Below, piece by piece: positions 59,010 through 60,871 of a stretch of DNA of 60,871 nucleotides. Below the pieces are notes generated by a model. It did not search any database and was not told where the DNA came from. It saw only the letters and a list, made by a program, of their open reading frames with translations. Made by a program: the position numbers and the translations under genes. The first letter of the stretch is position 1. Every line of letters starts with the position of its first letter. The DNA is from Euryarchaeota archaeon UBA438. GTDB lineage: Archaea; Thermoplasmatota; Poseidoniia; Poseidoniales; Thalassarchaeaceae. The DNA lies in assembly GCA_002504435.1 (NCBI GenBank), contig DAQP01000036.1, positions 2,047 to 62,917 on the forward strand. Reading direction: 5' to 3'.

Positions 59010-60113
59010 ATGGGGATAGGATGGAGCATGTTTGCTCGTCCGGTAATTAGCCGCATGGATTCAGAGAGGGCCCATGGGCTAGCCATCAAATCCCTTTCTG
59101 GTTTCGGCCAATCATCTGTGGGACTAAGGACTCTCAACACACTATACCAGTCACCAGAGCTGCCAACCCATGTATTTGGTAGGCTTTTCAGACATCCATT
59201 AGGCCTTGCAGCAGGAATGGACAAGGGAGCTTCAGCACTTTCTGCATGGCCTGCTATGGGCTTCTCCTGGGTAGAGTATGGCGGTATAACGAGGTTCCCT
59301 CAGGAGGGGAACCCGAAACCCAGGATGTTTCGAGCAGATGCTGAACAAGCTCTAGTAAACAGTATGGGTTTCAATAATCCAGGGGCATCTTCAATCAGGG
59401 ATCAACTGATTCAAAGGAGAGCATCGGGTAAGTGGCCTAATGTCCCTGTCGCTGCAAACATTGGAAGATCGAAGAAGGTGGACAATGAACAGGCCCCCTC
59501 TGATTATTCTGCAACACTAGAAACTCTCTGGGATCATGCTGACATTTTCGTCCTCAATATTTCATCGCCCAATACTCCCGGCCTCAGGGACTTGCACGAA
59601 GACACAATCCTAGGCTCAGTTCTGAAGGCCTGCAATTCTGTTAAGGAAATGAAGGGCGGGGGAAAACCAATGCTTCTCAAATTGTCCCCCGACGCTTCAG
59701 ATGAGGAATTACGCTCATCCTCCGAAGAGGCCCTAAGAAACGGAATTGACGGCTTCGTTGCCACCAATACCACGCTGAAGAGACCCGTCCCGAAGAATAC
59801 GAAGTCACGCCACGCCTTTGCTCAGAATGGCGGCGTCTCAGGAAGACCACTTCAAGAGAGGTCATTGGAGGTCGTTTCTATGCTGTATGAGTCATCTAAC
59901 GGCAAGGTGCCAATCGTCGGTGTCGGTGGCATAGACTCGCCAGATTCTGCTTGGAACTCACTGACTTCCGGTGCTTCACTGCTGCAGTTGTATTCCGCTT
60001 TGGTTTTCAGGGGCCCATCCGTAGTTTCTGACATAGTAAGAGGCCTGAGGGCCCGAGTCAGGGAGAATGGGTTCTCTGGCGTAGAAGAGGCTGTTGGCTA
60101 CAATAACACCTGA
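59010..60113 (+). CDS. pyrD: Dihydroorotate dehydrogenase, quinone-dependent (class 2)
   Basis: ERAH, GLAAGMDK, Q.GNPKPR.FR, NISSPNTPGLR, KLSPD, TNTT, GGVSG. Confidence 0.95.
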   Translation: MGIGWSMFARPVISRMDSERAHGLAIKSLSGFGQSSVGLRTLNTLYQSPELPTHVFGRLFRHPLGLAAGMDKGASALSAWPAMGFSWVEYGGITRFPQEGNPKPRMFRADAEQALVNSMGFNNPGASSIRDQLIQRRASGKWPNVPVAANIGRSKKVDNEQAPSDYSATLETLWDHADIFVLNISSPNTPGLRDLHEDTILGSVLKACNSVKEMKGGGKPMLLKLSPDASDEELRSSSEEALRNGIDGFVATNTTLKRPVPKNTKSRHAFAQNGGVSGRPLQERSLEVVSMLYESSNGKVPIVGVGGIDSPDSAWNSLTSGASLLQLYSALVFRGPSVVSDIVRGLRARVRENGFSGVEEAVGYNNT

Positions 60114-60158
60114 ACTAACAATCAGAAATATCATCAATCATGTTCATGAGGAATCAGC

Positions 60159-60560
60159 ATGACGGGCTCCTCCAGTTTCTCACTGTCCAGGAAGAGGAGG
60201 CTGCTAATTGTCGGTTTTTCAATGGCGGTATTACTTATCCTAATGTTCGTCTCAATAGAGCCCGAGGTACAGCATTCGATTGATGAGGTGATGGATGATC
60301 CCGGTGCGTTTGAAGGCCAATTGCACGTCAGGGGTGAAGTTATGATAGGAAGTCTGGACACAGAAAATTTCAGCTTCTCGATAACAGGTCTTACCCATGT
60401 TCTGCATGTAGACTACTCCAGTACTGTGATACCGGATGGGTTTGACGAGGGAAACATGATCGCAATAAAGGGCGATTTGCAATATTTAGACGGGTATTGG
60501 CAACTGGAAGCACATGAGATACAGACCGGTTGCCCCTCGAAATACGAGGCCTCTTCGTAG
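60159..60560 (+). CDS. ccmE: Cytochrome c maturation heme chaperone CcmE (CxxxY variant)
   Basis: N-terminal TM helix, VRGEV, IPDGF.EG, C-terminal GCPSKY. Confidence 0.85.
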   Translation: MTGSSSFSLSRKRRLLIVGFSMAVLLILMFVSIEPEVQHSIDEVMDDPGAFEGQLHVRGEVMIGSLDTENFSFSITGLTHVLHVDYSSTVIPDGFDEGNMIAIKGDLQYLDGYWQLEAHEIQTGCPSKYEASS

Positions 60561-60604
60561 TTACGCCATCCCGATTCTTTGAAAGGGAAGCGCTCCCCGG
60601 TCGT

Positions 60605-60871
60605 GTTGGGCTAGGGGGGGTGTTGACGTGCTCTGTTATTCACAAATCGTCGATAATGGTGACCTGAAGTCCGAGGGCGGCGTAGACGAGCCGCTGGCGA
60701 CCCGCCGGTTGACGTCGACGCCTCGTCCCCAAGAGATGCAGGTTGTTGGAATTGGCTTCCGGAGGGTAGCCATGACCATCCTATGCCCGGGAACCAGGTC
60801 AGGCGCGGAAGCGAGCAGCCCGACCGGGGATGCTGGATGCCTTGGGATAACGGGGCTGAGGAGATCGGTGA
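60605..60871 (+). ncRNA. ffs: Archaeal SRP RNA (7S), truncated by the window end
   Basis: 5' GGGCTAGG Alu-domain start, helix 6 with GGAG tetraloop (about 60753-60772), helix 8 CAGGCGC-GGAA-GCGAGCAG (about 60800-60818); 5' end approximate. Confidence 0.9.

Overview
This is archaeal chromosomal DNA with dense housekeeping gene content. It most resembles Marine Group II Euryarchaeota (Ca. Poseidoniales); this placement is inferred from the single-chain RpoB, the long RpoA'', the many bacterial-type metabolic genes and the membrane-anchored secreted proteins. The window holds tRNA-Lys(UUU), the rpoH-rpoB-rpoA'-rpoA''-rpl30e operon, four paralogous COG1340-like coiled-coil genes, pdxS, rps3ae, thyA-folA-plsC, trpS, ZPR1-sepF, psmB-aCPSF1, tRNA-Pro(UGG), mdh, pntA/pntB, a TatC-like gene, endA, mqnC, GGR, a bacterial-type topA, pyrD, ccmE and the SRP RNA, which is cut off by the window end. 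I saw no CRISPR array, integrase or transposase. The strongest leads are: (1) a remodelled RNA polymerase, in which RpoH and RpoA'' carry paralogous N-terminal HhH-like domains and RpoA' has a large 4-Cys insertion; (2) a twin A(CG)5T Z-DNA/cruciform-prone element just upstream of the topA TATA box, a candidate supercoiling sensor; (3) a four-paralog coiled-coil cluster flanking a membrane/Zn-ribbon/DtxR operon; (4) a degenerate FtsZ, a HemK-biotin ligase fusion, an eS1-SAP fusion and paired CxCH proteins; (5) a recurring TT(C/G)AA promoter-like box about 29 nt upstream of start codons. All family assignments come from motif recognition by eye; no searches were run.
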